NCBI GenBank assembly: GCA_951406725.2
Contig: OX597817.1
Span: 116,064,001 to 116,128,000, forward strand
Direction of reading: 5' to 3'
DNA: 64,000 bases
Origin: Octopus vulgaris
Taxonomy: Eukaryota
The translations under genes were made by a program, and so were the position numbers. Under the pieces are notes generated by a model, which was not told the DNA's origin, did not search any database, and saw only the letters and a program-made list of their open reading frames with translations. Below, piece after piece: positions 28,093-41,530 of this stretch. Position 1 is the first letter of the stretch. Each line of letters starts with the position of its first letter.

Positions 28093-30143
28093 CAGTAGAA
28101 TCGATAGCTCTACGTTCAATCGTCACGACAATGACAACTTCTAAGAGCTATGCAATAAATTGTCGGGTAAATACAAAGATAGAAAGTAAATCAAGCGCTA
28201 CAGGTACTGGCACACATACACAAACTGATACACATACACACACATCAAACCGTCGTGCAAGTGGGTATATGCTCATGCGTCAATAACGTTCGTATGTGTT
28301 TGCGCACGTATGTGTATATATGTAAGTAGCATTCGTCTGAATTTCCCTTTCTCCCCCACCCTGTCTCTTTCTCTCTTCCATACTTTTGCAAATTATTCCT
28401 ATATAATCTTTCCACAGCGTGACAAATATTTTACACCACAGGAAACTATTGTAAGCATCTTAATAAAATAGATAATAATAACCGATATTAACGTTGGTTA
28501 GATTGTTGGTTGATTCACAGTCACGCTTTTCATCGTATAGTGAAATGTGGAGAGACTGAAAAAAAAAAGAACGATTGAGGGAATTAACATGAGAGGTAGA
28601 GGATGCATGCATGTACGAGGAAAAGAGTAAAAAAAAAAACGCTACACATGCAGGGAGAATGAAACAATCATAGGAGGATAGAGAGAGAATGAGGAGGTAG
28701 TTATATAAGAAGCTACACCAATAACAAATGTTATTTAAATTTATTTTCAGGAAATTGTTTTCTGTTTTGAAAATTAATATTCATTTCATCATTATATATA
28801 AGCATTCAAAAAATGATAAAAAGCAAGTCGTAATAAATGTGAGTATGCTATATTTACTGACATTATCCGATGTAGCAAAAATATGTCTCTAAAATTACCC
28901 GTCATATGATCATCAGCACTCTAGTCATTTAGCAGTTTCCCTCGAAAACAGAATCTGTGAAATTAGGATTGTTTTCTAAACGGGAACTTTATATCTATAT
29001 CATTTCCTATTACTTTAAGAGTGTGAAAAAAATAGAAAAGCTTTGTAGCAATGACGGATTAATATTTCCTCATGTTGGTAGTACCATTGTTAATTTATAA
29101 AATTTGAGATTTTTTGTTTCTTTGCAGTCTGTCCTGGAGCCTTTTGATTAAATATAAAGTAAAAAACGTTCAAGTTATGAAAATCCTATCTTCTTTTCTA
29201 AGGCAGAATATTTAGATCGTTAATATATGATCATAGTCTGTCATTTATATAACGCAAGAGGTAATCTGTGAGAGATTCGAGTACTTCTAACTACCGCCTA
29301 CACGTTTCCATATCAATATGTGTTTTACTAACATAGCTACTGTTTTTTACTCAGAGGTCAAGCCTGATGCACCGGACATATCCTGAAGGACGTTTCAATC
29401 TTGTCCACCACCTAGTTTAAGAGGGCAATTTTCTGTCAGTAATATTTCGCCATTATTCCATCTCTCTATGCCTTTCTTAAAATGACAGTGTGCTTATTCA
29501 AGGGCAAATTGTCTAACATCCGTAGCAGGTTACGCAAAAACGTAGTGGTTCTCCAATCGGTAACATTACAGTGACGTTTCTTTCATCTCAGTTTTCTGTT
29601 TTCGCATACAAGTTGTTTACTGTTAAGAAATTCACGCATGTCAAGCAGTCCTAGGTTTTCTGAAAATGTGTCATGGGAGAAATTACTGTGCTCGGAGAGT
29701 AAGTGAAAGTGTTACGTTATGAGCATTATTACGTAAGCAATAAGCATTATGACTCGTATCAGTTTTTACATTTCACCGCCTTCTAATTTCAAGTTGCTAA
29801 AACCTGCAACGCATATTAAATATTTTATATCATTAAAAAATAAAACGTACATGAATATTATTACGTTGTTGTTAATTGAATACTTCCTAAGCATTTTAAA
29901 CACCTAATGCTACGCGTTATAAAATCGACTTACTAAAAAAATATAAAACATGGAACTGTAATTTATTTGTAGCTGAACATTCATAGTCTAAATGTAATTG
30001 AATTTAAAGATTCATGGATAAAATATATTTGTAATATGGATAAAACTAATAAATTTAATGTGCTCTCTAAATTTCAATTTCGGAATTTTATTAATGTCTA
30101 GCTTCAGTAATTTTTTAACGTCAGAATACCACACATATATATG

Positions 30144-30193
<50 letters not shown>

Positions 30194-31080
30194 CTTGCGT
30201 GTGTATGTTTATATATAGTTGTATGAGCGTCTGTGCGTTTCTGCGTCACTGTGCAGTAATGTGTGCACAAGTGCATCATCGGAAATAATTTAGCCAATTT
30301 GAATAAGTTCAGGTTCTCAAACGGTTTGTCGAGGTAATGCATAAAAATGCATATTAATGTTTCTAAGTTAAAATTTTAGATCGAGATGAAATGAAATTTT
30401 GATCATTTCACAAATAATATAGCAATATGCTGCTACTGATGTATACATTGATGAAAGGAAGTTCACCTTCCAATGGGTAGGTATCGTATTGGAATGTTGG
30501 GAAACAGTATAAAAGCGATAGAGTCTTTTATCATGATTTCACTGTTTGCTTATATATTTTTCTGATGCTCTTCGTGTATGAATGCACGCATTTTACTAGA
30601 CTACCGACTGTAGAGATATCTAAGCCTATGTTATCGGACTATCTTTGAAGGCTGAGAACATTTATAATTGTACAAATATATTCAAGTATATATGTGAATA
30701 TATAGTTGCGTGTTACTCTGTATGGGGTGGAGTGCGCAAGCGTGTGTAATATAGAGGATTTTCAAGTTATTGTAAATGATTTACTCTATGTTCAAAAGCT
30801 TATATATAGTAATTATTGAGTGTATGCTACACTTAGTTCCTACCTTCCTGTTCGACAGACGAAAATTAGTGACATTTCGAAACGTGCGTTGTAGGAATTT
30901 CTTCAGATATTAGAAAGATAGATTTTAATTCCGCCCTTCTTTGGCTTTTATTTCTGAAAGACACTCTTCTGTCACCCATTTCAACACTGAGAACTTCAAA
31001 TATTGAAATGACCCTCATTCATGTATTATTTCATCGGTCAAGTAATGAGTCAGATTATTAGCCATTATAGACTGAAAATA

Positions 31081-31358
31081 TGTTTGTTCCTTATCGAGCC
31101 ATGCCTGGCTCATAGGGCCGGTTTTCTGGTTTCCTTGGCGTATAGGTTCCCCACCTGGACGGGACACCGGTCCATCGCAGGTGAGCTGCAAGATGCAAGA
31201 GGAAAGAGTGAGAGAAAGTTATAGCGAACGAGTCAGCAGAAGTTCGCCATTACTTTCTGCCGGAGCCGCGTGGAGCTTCGGTTTTTCGCTCATAAACACA
31301 CATATCACCCAGTCTGAGATTCGAACCCGCGATCACTCGACCGCGAGTCCGCTGCCTT
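31081..31358 (-). mobile_element. tRNA-derived SINE
   Basis: Minus-strand B box GGTTCGAATCTC and GTGTTTATGAGCGAAAA shared with the 26945 element. Confidence 0.75.
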
Positions 31359-31499
31359 CACAGAGTGAAAATATAACAAATAATTGCAGATATTTGTCTT
31401 TATTGCATATATCTTTGCAGTGTATTCGTATAAACTGTGTTAATGTAGAATAAAACTGTGAAAATTACCAACGTCGACTAACCTACGTTTCTGAATTGA

Positions 31500-33243
31500 A
31501 TTAGTTATGAATACAAAATCGCGGCAAATGCCAGTAGCAATCCAAAAACCTTCTTTGCCCATGTCCAGCGGAATTCCCGCTTGAACAACCAGATTGCAAC
31601 GTTGGTAGACTCAACAGGCGTATCGATTGAGGACCCTTATCAACAGAGTCAATTATTTGCCGAGGCTTTTTCAACTATTTTCAAACAAGAGGATGGTCGT
31701 GAACCCCCTCCATTTGATAGATCGGTACCTCCAATGCTTCGATTGATCATCACGTGGGACCAAGTCAAACGGGTTATTCAAGGCCTCGATGTCAACAAGG
31801 GTCACGGCCCTGACGGCATACACCCACGGGTTATCAAAGTGTTGGCTCCGGTCATCTGCGAGCCCTTAACACGACTATTCAATATGTCATTGGCGACGAG
31901 TGTTATACCTGCAGACTGGAGAACAGCGATAATCTGCCCAATTTTCAAGAAAGGGAGCCGCGAAGACCCGCTTAACTACCGACCGGTTTCCCTTACATCA
32001 ATAATCAGCAAGATGTTCGAAACCATCCTTAAGAAAAGTATGATGCTCCACCTCCTAAACACAGCCTCGATCACTGATTCCCAACACGGCTTCGTGCCGA
32101 AGAGATCATGCTTGACCAACTTACTAGTAATGGAAGAATTGGTGACGCGCATCCTCGATGATAGTGATGCTGTTGACATCGTTTTATTGGACTTTGCCAA
32201 AGCTTTTGACTCGGTAAACCACCGCCTACTACTTGTCAAGCTTCAAGCATATAGTTTCCATCCGGATATTGTACGATGGGTTGGTGCCTTCCCCTCGCTC
32301 CTTCCAAGTTCAAGTTAATGGTTCGCGGTCCGACGTCTCCAGTGCGAGCAGTGGCGTGCCTCAAGGTTCAGTGCTTGGGCCCTTGTTGTTCTTAGTCTTC
32401 ATAAATGACTTGCCCGACGACCTCACGCAACACACCCTTCTATTTGCCGACGATATCAAACTGGTCGCTCCTCGCGGTAGTATAGAGGATCTTCGTCGAT
32501 GCCTCCACCAAATTTGGAAGTGGTCTAACGATTGGGACCTGTGTCTGAACGTGTCAAAGTGCTGTCATCTGCCTGTCGGCTCTGCTCCTGCAACTCAACT
32601 TGATTTCGAGCCGGGTCGTCTGCTGCTGGAGAGGACCGATCAGGTAAAGGACCTGGGTATCTTGGTGGATTCCTCCTTTTCGCCTTCGGCCCAGTGCGTC
32701 CATGCTGCCAACAAAGCGCGCGGAATTCTATTTTTGATTCGACGGTCATTCGGAATGCTCACAGCAGCCATATTCCTGCCACTCTATGTCACGCTGGTGA
32801 GACCCATATTGGAGTATGGGATTCAAGCCTCTTCTCCTTATCTCCTCAAAGACATACAGCACCTCTAAAGAGTCCAGAGGCTGGCTACCCGCATGGTTCA
32901 TGGTCTCAAAAATTTGTCCTACGAAGAAAGGCTGAGGACGCTCGACCTTTGTTCTCTTGAAAAACGCCGCCGCCGTGGTGATCTCATTCTCGCCCACAAC
33001 ATCATAAGCGGGAAGTGTAACCTCTCGAAAGAGCTGTTCTTCACTCCTGCTCCGGAGCGTCGGCTGTGGGGTCATTCCGAAAAGCTCTACCTGCGACGAT
33101 TTCATCTCAATCGAAGGAGAGGAGCTTTCTCCGTCCGGGTTGCGGATCCGTGGAACAAGCTGCCAGACGAGATGGTGAAGATGCCGACGACCGCTTTGTT
33201 CAAAGCCTCCCTGGACCTCAAGTGGCCTGAACTCTTTACATGA
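31500..33243 (+). pseudogene. LINE ORF2 reverse transcriptase (1 frameshift near 32295, 1 stop at 32866-32868)
   Basis: NPKTFF, GPDGIHP, NYRPVSLTS, QHGFVPKRSC, LDFAKAFDSV, GVPQGSVLGPLLF, LFADD, KDLG, RPILEY, RRRRGDLI, WNKLP. Confidence 0.95.
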
Positions 33244-33334
33244 ACACCACCCTGTACTTAACTCCATGTCCCCCTACATGGCCTTGCTATTTGCTTTTGA
33301 GCCAAAATTAACTAACTAACTAACTAACTAACTA
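31500..33334 (+). mobile_element. 5'-truncated CR1-group LINE with (ACTA)n tail
   Basis: Reverse transcriptase ORF2 C-terminal part, ~65-bp 3' UTR and a tandem (ACTA)n tail at ~33309-33334. Confidence 0.93.
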
Positions 33335-36049
33335 GTGATGAAGTAACATTTGATGTAGAATTTTATTATTATTTTTCTGTGAAAAATTTAGCACTTTATT
33401 TTGCCCCAAGTAAGCCCTAATAAATCATATATAGTTAAACACATTCTATCAAATCCATATAAGTATTTTACTGATATACATCGAGATCGATTCATGAATG
33501 TGGTACTGAGTTTACACAAGACAGTAAGGGTTATTTTAAGTAGGTAGAATTAATTAATATTTTGGGTAGGTTGAGTGAAACAGTAGAAGCTCCTTTAGTT
33601 ATTATTCTTGGGCAGATTAAAAAAAACATGAATGACAAAAGAAAAGCATAAACTATTTTCAGAAGAAATAACTCTTGATATCTTCTTAAAAGCAACTCTA
33701 ACTAAAGATAACACGCAATGAATCCATTTAAAAAATATATTATACATTACAAGAAAACTTATCACATAAGATATGTTGGTTTTTCAAATTACAAGCACTT
33801 CAGCTATGATAACAAAAGTGAATGTAAATACAATTGAAATAGGGACAAGTAAGTACTTCTATCACACATCAAAATTATAATTATTGCTTCTAATTTAGGC
33901 TCCCTCTCCAAATGCAAAGGTCGAATCATAAATATAATAGATACGTGAATACTTATGAGCAACAACTTCCGTATTACTGAAGGCTGAAAACAAATGCACT
34001 CAAAACCATTCCAGTGGTATAATGGAGATTTCACGACTTATTCTTGCAAATTACAAAGACTTACCAATTGCACTTTCTCAAAATTAACTTTAACAAAGTT
34101 AAAATTATACCCTAACAAATAAGAGAAAAATGTTTCTCATTCTCAGTCGTGTGCAGCAAAGTTTTAATTTCAGAACAAATACGCATATTCTCACATATTT
34201 ATATGTACGAATAGCTTTACCACGTATGCATACATCTTTATGCTGTGGTTAATGTGTATTTTGCTTTATGCGTCTGGTGCAGGTAATGCTGGCAAAGCAA
34301 TGATCCTCTAGGGTCTTATATTTCAGCTTGTTTCGCTAATACACGTACAATTTATCGATTGCAAAGAAAAAGACTATTAAGTATTCAAATACTTTGTTAA
34401 TGGTGACAGATACTTTTAAACGATCTTTATCGGCAGGAAATAGTCTCAATAAGTTTAAATCTCAAATATATGGTTTCGTATATGGTTTCGTGATGTGCTA
34501 ATTATATATAACATACACTTTTAAGACATTTATTTCTTGTAATTACTCAACACTCGTGAAAATGTTAATCTTAATCATTAATTAAATGAAATGAGAGAGA
34601 ATGTAATTTTTACATTTATATTAGCAGTTCTATTTGTTTGTGAGGTTACAAAATTAGGATTCCAAAATAAATTACCTTTCTGACGTAAAATCAATTTAGG
34701 TATTAGAATTTAACTACTCTGTAATGTCGATGCCATTGGGGTAATGCTGATACAGTATTCGAAAAAGTTTTAAATCTATTAAATACTCGTTGTGAAGAAA
34801 TTATCTCTGAATAAGCAAACATCTCTTACGTTTGGCTTTAAATTCTAAAATACATTTCTGTAAATTCATTCCATCTAAAATACTGTCCAGTTATTACGGA
34901 AGATTTGCTGTAGCATTTAATGTAATGTGCATGCTAATTAAGGAAACCTCTTACCGTGTGGTGAATGTAAGGAAGAATGATTTGAAATGAATTACGTTTA
35001 TGAATTAACGTTATCTAGAATACATTGTTTATGTAGTGAGATGTTTCTCAAGAACACTTACCGCACAACAATTTCTATATCACAAGAGGGACAGATCTAT
35101 GTTATGCGTGCGCGTATATGTGTTTGTGTGTGTATCATTCCAAGTAATGTCATATCTCTCCCATGCAAGTCAAATTGACTTAAACATCTGTTAATGTAAA
35201 TTATACAAGAACAATATAATGCATATACGTTCATTGCATATCACTAATGAATATATATTTTAGCTTATTTTATACATCACTTCGGAAATATACGATCCAG
35301 CAATGCTACCGCTGTGCGGTTTCTCAAGTTCCAGATAGAAGAACTGTTTTGTTTTCCAGATTATCTAGTTCGGTTGATCAAGTGTATGTCCATTCTGTAA
35401 GCTGATAGTGATTGACCTGACTGAAATGTCGGTATCTGTCTTTAGGCGATCAAGCAACTCCTTACTTTTATCTTGTATATCCATGTTTTTAAAACTGTGA
35501 AGTTTACTCTATTTAACTTCACGCTAAAATCTGACAATTGTTTTCATTATAGTTTCTGTCATTACTCAAGCTATGATAACTTAAGCAACTTTTCTTTATT
35601 CATTATTATCTCATATGCTGATATAAGAAGTGGATTATTATACTAGTTGAGTTATATAATGAAAAAGTGGGCATAACGTTTTTATTGATTGGTATAGGTC
35701 GTTGAAATTTATTGACTGGTATAGGTCGTTGAAAGGCGTAATGATAAATTACGCCTTTGTTGAACCTGACTAACACTTGAATTTTCTTTGCAAAATTCTG
35801 CGCCAAATCAGCAAACCAACATTTGAACATGTGGAAGGCCAGTTCCAAGTTCTACAGTAGGTGCGGTATTACTGACCAGCTTAGTTTGCTTATTGCTAGA
35901 ATTGTTGCCAAAGATGTGTGTGGTCTTTTGTCTTCAAGGTAAATGTGTATCATTTACAAATTCTTGTTCGAAATCTTTTACACGATGACTTCTCTACGAC
36001 TTGTAAGCATCTCAATATACACCCCTCGCTCTTATCAATACGGACACGG

Positions 36050-36260
36050 TGTAGACAATCATAGACATTTATTCTCTTGTCATCCAAAAAGCATACGTTT
36101 CTGACATTCCTAGCCTTAGGGGGAGAGGTGTGATGCAAATTCATGATTTGAGCCTTCGTTTCCGGTTCAAAGTAGAAAGCCCTTGTTTCATTCTCCATTA
36201 CCGGTTCAAATACTTCCAAGAAATCAGTGAATATCTCCTTCAAATCTTGTGTCAAATCTT
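36050..36260 (-). pseudogene. Decayed mariner transposase fragment
   Basis: NETRAFYFEPETKAQIMNLHHTSPPKA resembles mariner DETW..YEPE.K.QS..W.H..SP.PK. Confidence 0.55.
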
Positions 36261-37266
36261 TTGCTTTTCAAAAAAAGTGCTTATTGCGTTCTCAATAATG
36301 AAACCCTTGTTTGTCGTGTCCTAAGAAATTTACATATTTCTTCATTCACAAATAAATAGATCTAAATGATAAACTATTCAAAAGATACTGCAAACAAATG
36401 AAACTTTTTTAAGTTATACATGTAAATATGTAACATCTTGCCATTCCAACATAATCTACACTCAACAAAACGCTCGTCAGCAATAAAGAAAAGATAAGAT
36501 TTTGACATCAATCACCACCTGCAGATATCTCATTTTATCAGTTTACCAGGTAGTTAAAAGCAAGTTTATTCCAGTACATGGAGCATTTATAAGTCTAGTC
36601 ACATACCAATGTCTTTTATTAATCACACTACACTATACAAGAGTAAAGAATATTAACAGGGGTGAACGTACTTTCTGAAGCTGGTTAGAGGTAGGAAGTT
36701 ACAAATAATTAAACAAAGATAATGTAAGAACGTGACGTACACTGCAGGACTATTTTGTCGTTCGTTAATAACTGTAAGAATCTTTTCATAAGCGTGTAAC
36801 CTATGAAAAAACCCTCTGCCCTCCCATTTCGTGTATCACTAAAAAAAGTATTTCTTTTAATATATATTTGTATATGCATTAACGTGAGGCGTCGACTTCA
36901 AAATTCTCTTCTTCGAAAACATTCTTAGGTTTAAGGAAACACAATTGTTATGCCTTCACACATCGAAGGCATATCCTATCTTAATCGTAAGAGCTAGCCT
37001 TTATCACTTAAACGGAATGCACGAAGAGTCAAGAGAACAAAAAAACAAAGAAATAAAAAAACGGTCCGTGACAATGCATTATTCTCGGACGAAAGCAACA
37101 TCCAATTATATGAGAAAATGTAAAATAAGCAAAATTAAAATAATTTATTCGTTAGATTCTAGGACTGTAAGTAAAATATACGAAATAACAAAAGGCAAAT
37201 AGTGTGATATTATTTATTGAGTATGTGCTGTGGCAGAAAGAATGAAACATGTAGTAGTGATATTGC

Positions 37267-37326
<60 letters not shown>

Positions 37327-37395
37327 TATTCGTGTGTATCAATGTATATCTATCTGTCTCTCTCCCTCGCTCTCTCTCCTCTTCTATCTCTCCTC

Positions 37396-37452
<57 letters not shown>

Positions 37453-37638
37453 CAGATGGATACTTGCATGAATATTTACTGACACGGAGGAAAGATTAAT
37501 ATATGCAAAAGCAAAAGCCGCTAGCCTCCGTGGAATTTCACAAATATACCAATAGTATATAGTGAAAATTGGTCAATAAATGGTTGAAATACATGAAAGC
37601 ATATCATTTCCTACAGATTCACTTACAACAGATGTAGC

Positions 37639-37694
<56 letters not shown>

Positions 37695-37712
37695 AATATC
37701 TATATATCTATC

Positions 37713-37761
<49 letters not shown>

Positions 37762-37771
37762 CATAGTATTA

Positions 37772-37949
37772 ATTAATAGTAGGAGATGGATTAAGTATTA
37801 GACTTTTATTAGGTACAACATACGTTTCGACCCATAAGGGTGTTTTTGTATATATGTATGTCCATATATGCATGTGTACGTGTGTGTTTGTGTATGTATA
37901 TATGTATATATATATATATATGTGTGTGTATGTGTGTGTATGTCTGTAC

Positions 37950-37993
<44 letters not shown>

Positions 37994-38355
37994 GTAGGTA
38001 TATATATGTGTATATGTACGTTTATGTAAGAATATGTGTGTGTGCATATGCACGAACACGATTATATTTGTTTAAGTATTAATCTTTCGTTCCCCGTCTA
38101 CTTTCGTTTTTCTCTAAGCAGTTATGACAGCCAAAGCTGATTATGTCATTTTCTCTAAACTGGACCGAATGTTTTCCGCGTTCATATTTGTATTTCTTGC
38201 GTTTCTATAATACTTTTTAAAACTTTTATTCTTTCTCGAATAAGTCTCTAGTGATACTTCTTTATCAATATACCTGAAGAGACCCAGACAGATAGGTCGA
38301 AACATATCGTGTACCTAATAAAAGTCTAATGCGAAATCCATCACCTACTATTAAT
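37772..38355. mobile_element. Fold-back non-coding element with hammerhead motif (Penelope pLTR-like)
   Basis: Arms 37772-37832 and 38295-38355 are imperfect reverse complements; a hammerhead core overlaps the right arm. Confidence 0.7.
38269..38313 (+). ncRNA. Minimal type I hammerhead ribozyme
   Basis: UAUAC-CUGAAGA-GACC(cagacagaua)GGUC-GAAA-CAUA-UC/GUGUA: complete CUGANGA/GAAA/UH core, 4-bp helix II, 5-bp helix I (one G-U), and essentially no helix III. Confidence 0.7.
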
Positions 38356-38591
38356 AATAATATTACTAGAATTGCCACTGCAAAGTTCCTGAAGAAAGTC
38401 CAACGGAAGTGTTCCACAACTACGGATGACAACAGGTAGCCCAAAGTGTGCCGGCGCTCTACTCAAAATTTAAACACCCTAATCTATACGTATTGTCTAA
38501 ATTTTCTATTATACATACATACATATATAAATATACATATATATGTATATGTATATAAATATATATATATATATATTCATATATATATATG

Positions 38592-38697
<106 letters not shown>

Positions 38698-38753
38698 TAC
38701 ATATATGTGTATGTGTATAAATATATATATATACATATAACGCATGTGATATA

Positions 38754-39613
38754 CAACGTGCAATAGGTAAATTGTCACCACTATATGTTATTAATTTCGT
38801 GCTTGCACACTGCTTGCTTTTGATTTTGTCGACTACTAAGTATAGATGAGTCAGTTAGGCACCGACTGTGAGAAAAACATTACCATGACCAACTCACTCT
38901 GCCAGGAGTTGGAAACGACATGCTCTGCTCCTTTGAATTGGAATCGGAAACTCCAAAATAACATTTTAGTGTGTCAAACTGAGGACAGAGCAATTTGATG
39001 ATATGCACCGAGAGTGATCACTATCAAACATGCAGCCAACATGGAGTGATCACTTGCGTTGGGGGCCGATAAGCCTCCATCCAAATTCCCACGCGACCTC
39101 AGACAGCATGGAGGGCTACATCTAGTGTCTGGATGAGGTAGTGTTGTCGTGAGGCAAGTGGGTGGCTGCTGGAGGAACCTATGTCTTACAACATGACTAT
39201 GCATCATGCTGCTCATGTAGGAGAACCCAGTCATAGATGTTAGACTATTTCTGCAATCACATCACACCTGGCCACGTAACGTCCCAGACTGCAAACCCCT
39301 TGATTAATATGTGCGGGGTGCAGTTGAGCGAGAAACCAACAAAACCCCTTGTAGCACCAAAGATAAACTGATGGCAAGAATTATGCCTGCATTCACCAAC
39401 TTAAATAAGGCGAGCGTCCAGGAGAGTTGCAGGAGATTCCGAAGTCGTCTGGAGGCCGGGGTTGAAGCCAGTGATAATTTCATTGAATCTATTTACTCTT
39501 AGTATTTCAAGATATTTTTGATGTAATTGTGGTAAATATATCTGTTAAAATGAGATGTCCGTTTAATTTTCATGTTTGCTATATTTAAACGACAGTTTAT
39601 TCACTGCATCATG
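38754..39613 (+). mobile_element. Internally deleted DD37D (maT-type) transposon
   Basis: Degenerate termini (CAACGTGCAATAGGTAAATTGTC and GACAGTTTATTCACTGCATCATG). Peptides YVLQHD, WPRNVPDCKPLD, GAVERETN and CRRFRSRLEA are homologous to the 51449 element. Confidence 0.7.
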
Positions 39614-39621
39614 TCTATACA

Positions 39622-40230
39622 CAGGGTGTCCACAAAAACACTCCCTGATTTCAAACAGATATAACATGTAAATTTATTGTAATTATTTTTCACAGTTAGT
39701 AGCTTCAGACGCAGGATTTCATTCACTTTCATATGGTGGATGGTAGCAATGAAGGTACTCAATGTACCACTCATAGATGTTAGACTATTTCTGCAACCAC
39801 ATCACACCTAGCCACCTAACTTCGGTTCGGTTCAGATGCTCAGCAGTATATCCTGAGCAATGCTTCAGTGATGGAAATTTTCAGCTCCTCCAGGGTTATA
39901 ATTAGTCGTGGCACGCAAACTGTGTTTTTCACGTAACCCCAAGAAAGAAGTCACAAACAATTAGGGCCGATGACTTCTCAGGTTACTTACAGGACGCCTG
40001 ATCATCTCGTACAGTACGATCAATCCATCTCTTTGGTACGTGTTCAGTAGGAGCTCTGTTGACAGAAAGATGCCAGTGCAGTGGAGTACCATTTGCCGGA
40101 AAAGGTAGGCAGCAGCTAGTTGTGGAAACCTCCAATTGGTCAGCATCTCCAGGTAATGTTGACCAGTAACAATTCCTCTCTCAAAGAAGAAAAGGCTATA
40201 CACTGTCGTCTCTGATATGGCACAAAAGGT
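39622..40230 (-). mobile_element. 3' portion of a rosa/DD41D-like Tc1-mariner element
   Basis: CAGGGTGTCC terminus. Minus-strand peptides FFFE..VTGQHYLEML..WRFPQL, CDFFL.GYVK and TLEELK..I.EA. Family assignment is by motif recall. Confidence 0.65.
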
Positions 40231-41311
40231 TTTGATGAGTCTCGCTTGTCCGTCTTGTCCCTACCTTCGAAACGTAGAGTAGATAAAACAGGGGACAACT
40301 GATGAAGGGAATGTTCTTTATGTTGCCTATCTCGTTTCTATACTTGTTTCTTTCGTTGTTCGTAAAACGTTCGTTTTCCATGCTTTTGTTTTTTATGTCC
40401 TCGTTTCTCATTTTGTTCACGTATTTTTGACGTCCTCTACCCATATATGCATGTATATATACATATATATGTAGGTATGTATACGTATGTGTGTATATAT
40501 GCATATTATATATCTATATTTTATTTTATCTTCTATTCTTTTCTATTTTATTATATATATATATATATATATATATACCAATAATGTATGTGGGCAGCTG
40601 GGTGGAATATAAACTGTATAGGAAAAATGTAGACGTCCCTAATTGTAAGTGTATATGGTACAAGCACAAATATTGCTTGAAACAAGACTTAAACCGTATA
40701 ACACAGTCATTTATTCTGAAAGGGTACATAACTATCTCATAGGCGAACCAGAACACTTGACTGCACAGTTTCATTCTAATGTGAATTGTCAACAGTATAC
40801 CAACTCAGTATCAATAGATTTCCACTCTAATATAAATATTCTCAAGACATTTTCAAAATTATATTTACTTTCCATTACTAAATTCCTTACGTTAGTAGAT
40901 ATAATAATTACGAAATGTAACCTTGCACAAAGATTTGTTGTACCATATTGTCATGGTATCTATAGTAATATGAGTGCAAACAATAAGATATTCTTTTCCC
41001 TCATACATTAATCTATATTTGTGCATTCTTAAATGGAATTAGAAAGAATCTGAACAGACAGTAGAATAATTCCATAAAACCCCATGTTTATGGATAAGTG
41101 AAATCAGGTATTGTGAACATGTTTTAATACTACACAGACAGAATAGCAATGGTATCAATTATACTTGTATCACATTTGTAAAGAGAAATACGGATGTTTA
41201 TATTAAAATGATATAGATTAATTTCGCTTCTCCTTTAACTTTGTGATACAATCGTATTGTCATAACCGAGGAAAGATATTTTGAAAGCACATGCACCTAT
41301 CTAATATCTAG

Positions 41312-41530
41312 GTGGAGGCGCGTGGCTTAGTGCTTAGGATGTTGGACTCATTATCATAAAATTGTGTTTTGTCTCCTCAACCGAGCGACGTGTTGTGTTC
41401 TTGATCAAAACACTTCATTCACTTCACGTTGCTCCAGTCCATTCAGCTGGCAAAAATGAGTAATCCTGCGGCGGACCGGTGCCCCGTGCAGGTGGGCAAT
41501 ATATACTCCATGGAATCGGGAAATCAGCCA
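41312..41530 (+). mobile_element. tRNA-derived SINE, degraded
   Basis: A-box-like GTGGCTTAGTGCTTAG and core GTTGTGTTCTTGATCAAAACACTT...CACGTTGCTCCAGTCCA; related copy at 43825-43990. Confidence 0.7.

Noticed and set aside
35681-35734. 27-bp unit repeated twice (CRISPR-like?)
   Set aside because: Adjacent tandem duplication with no spacer, no cas genes and a eukaryotic context.
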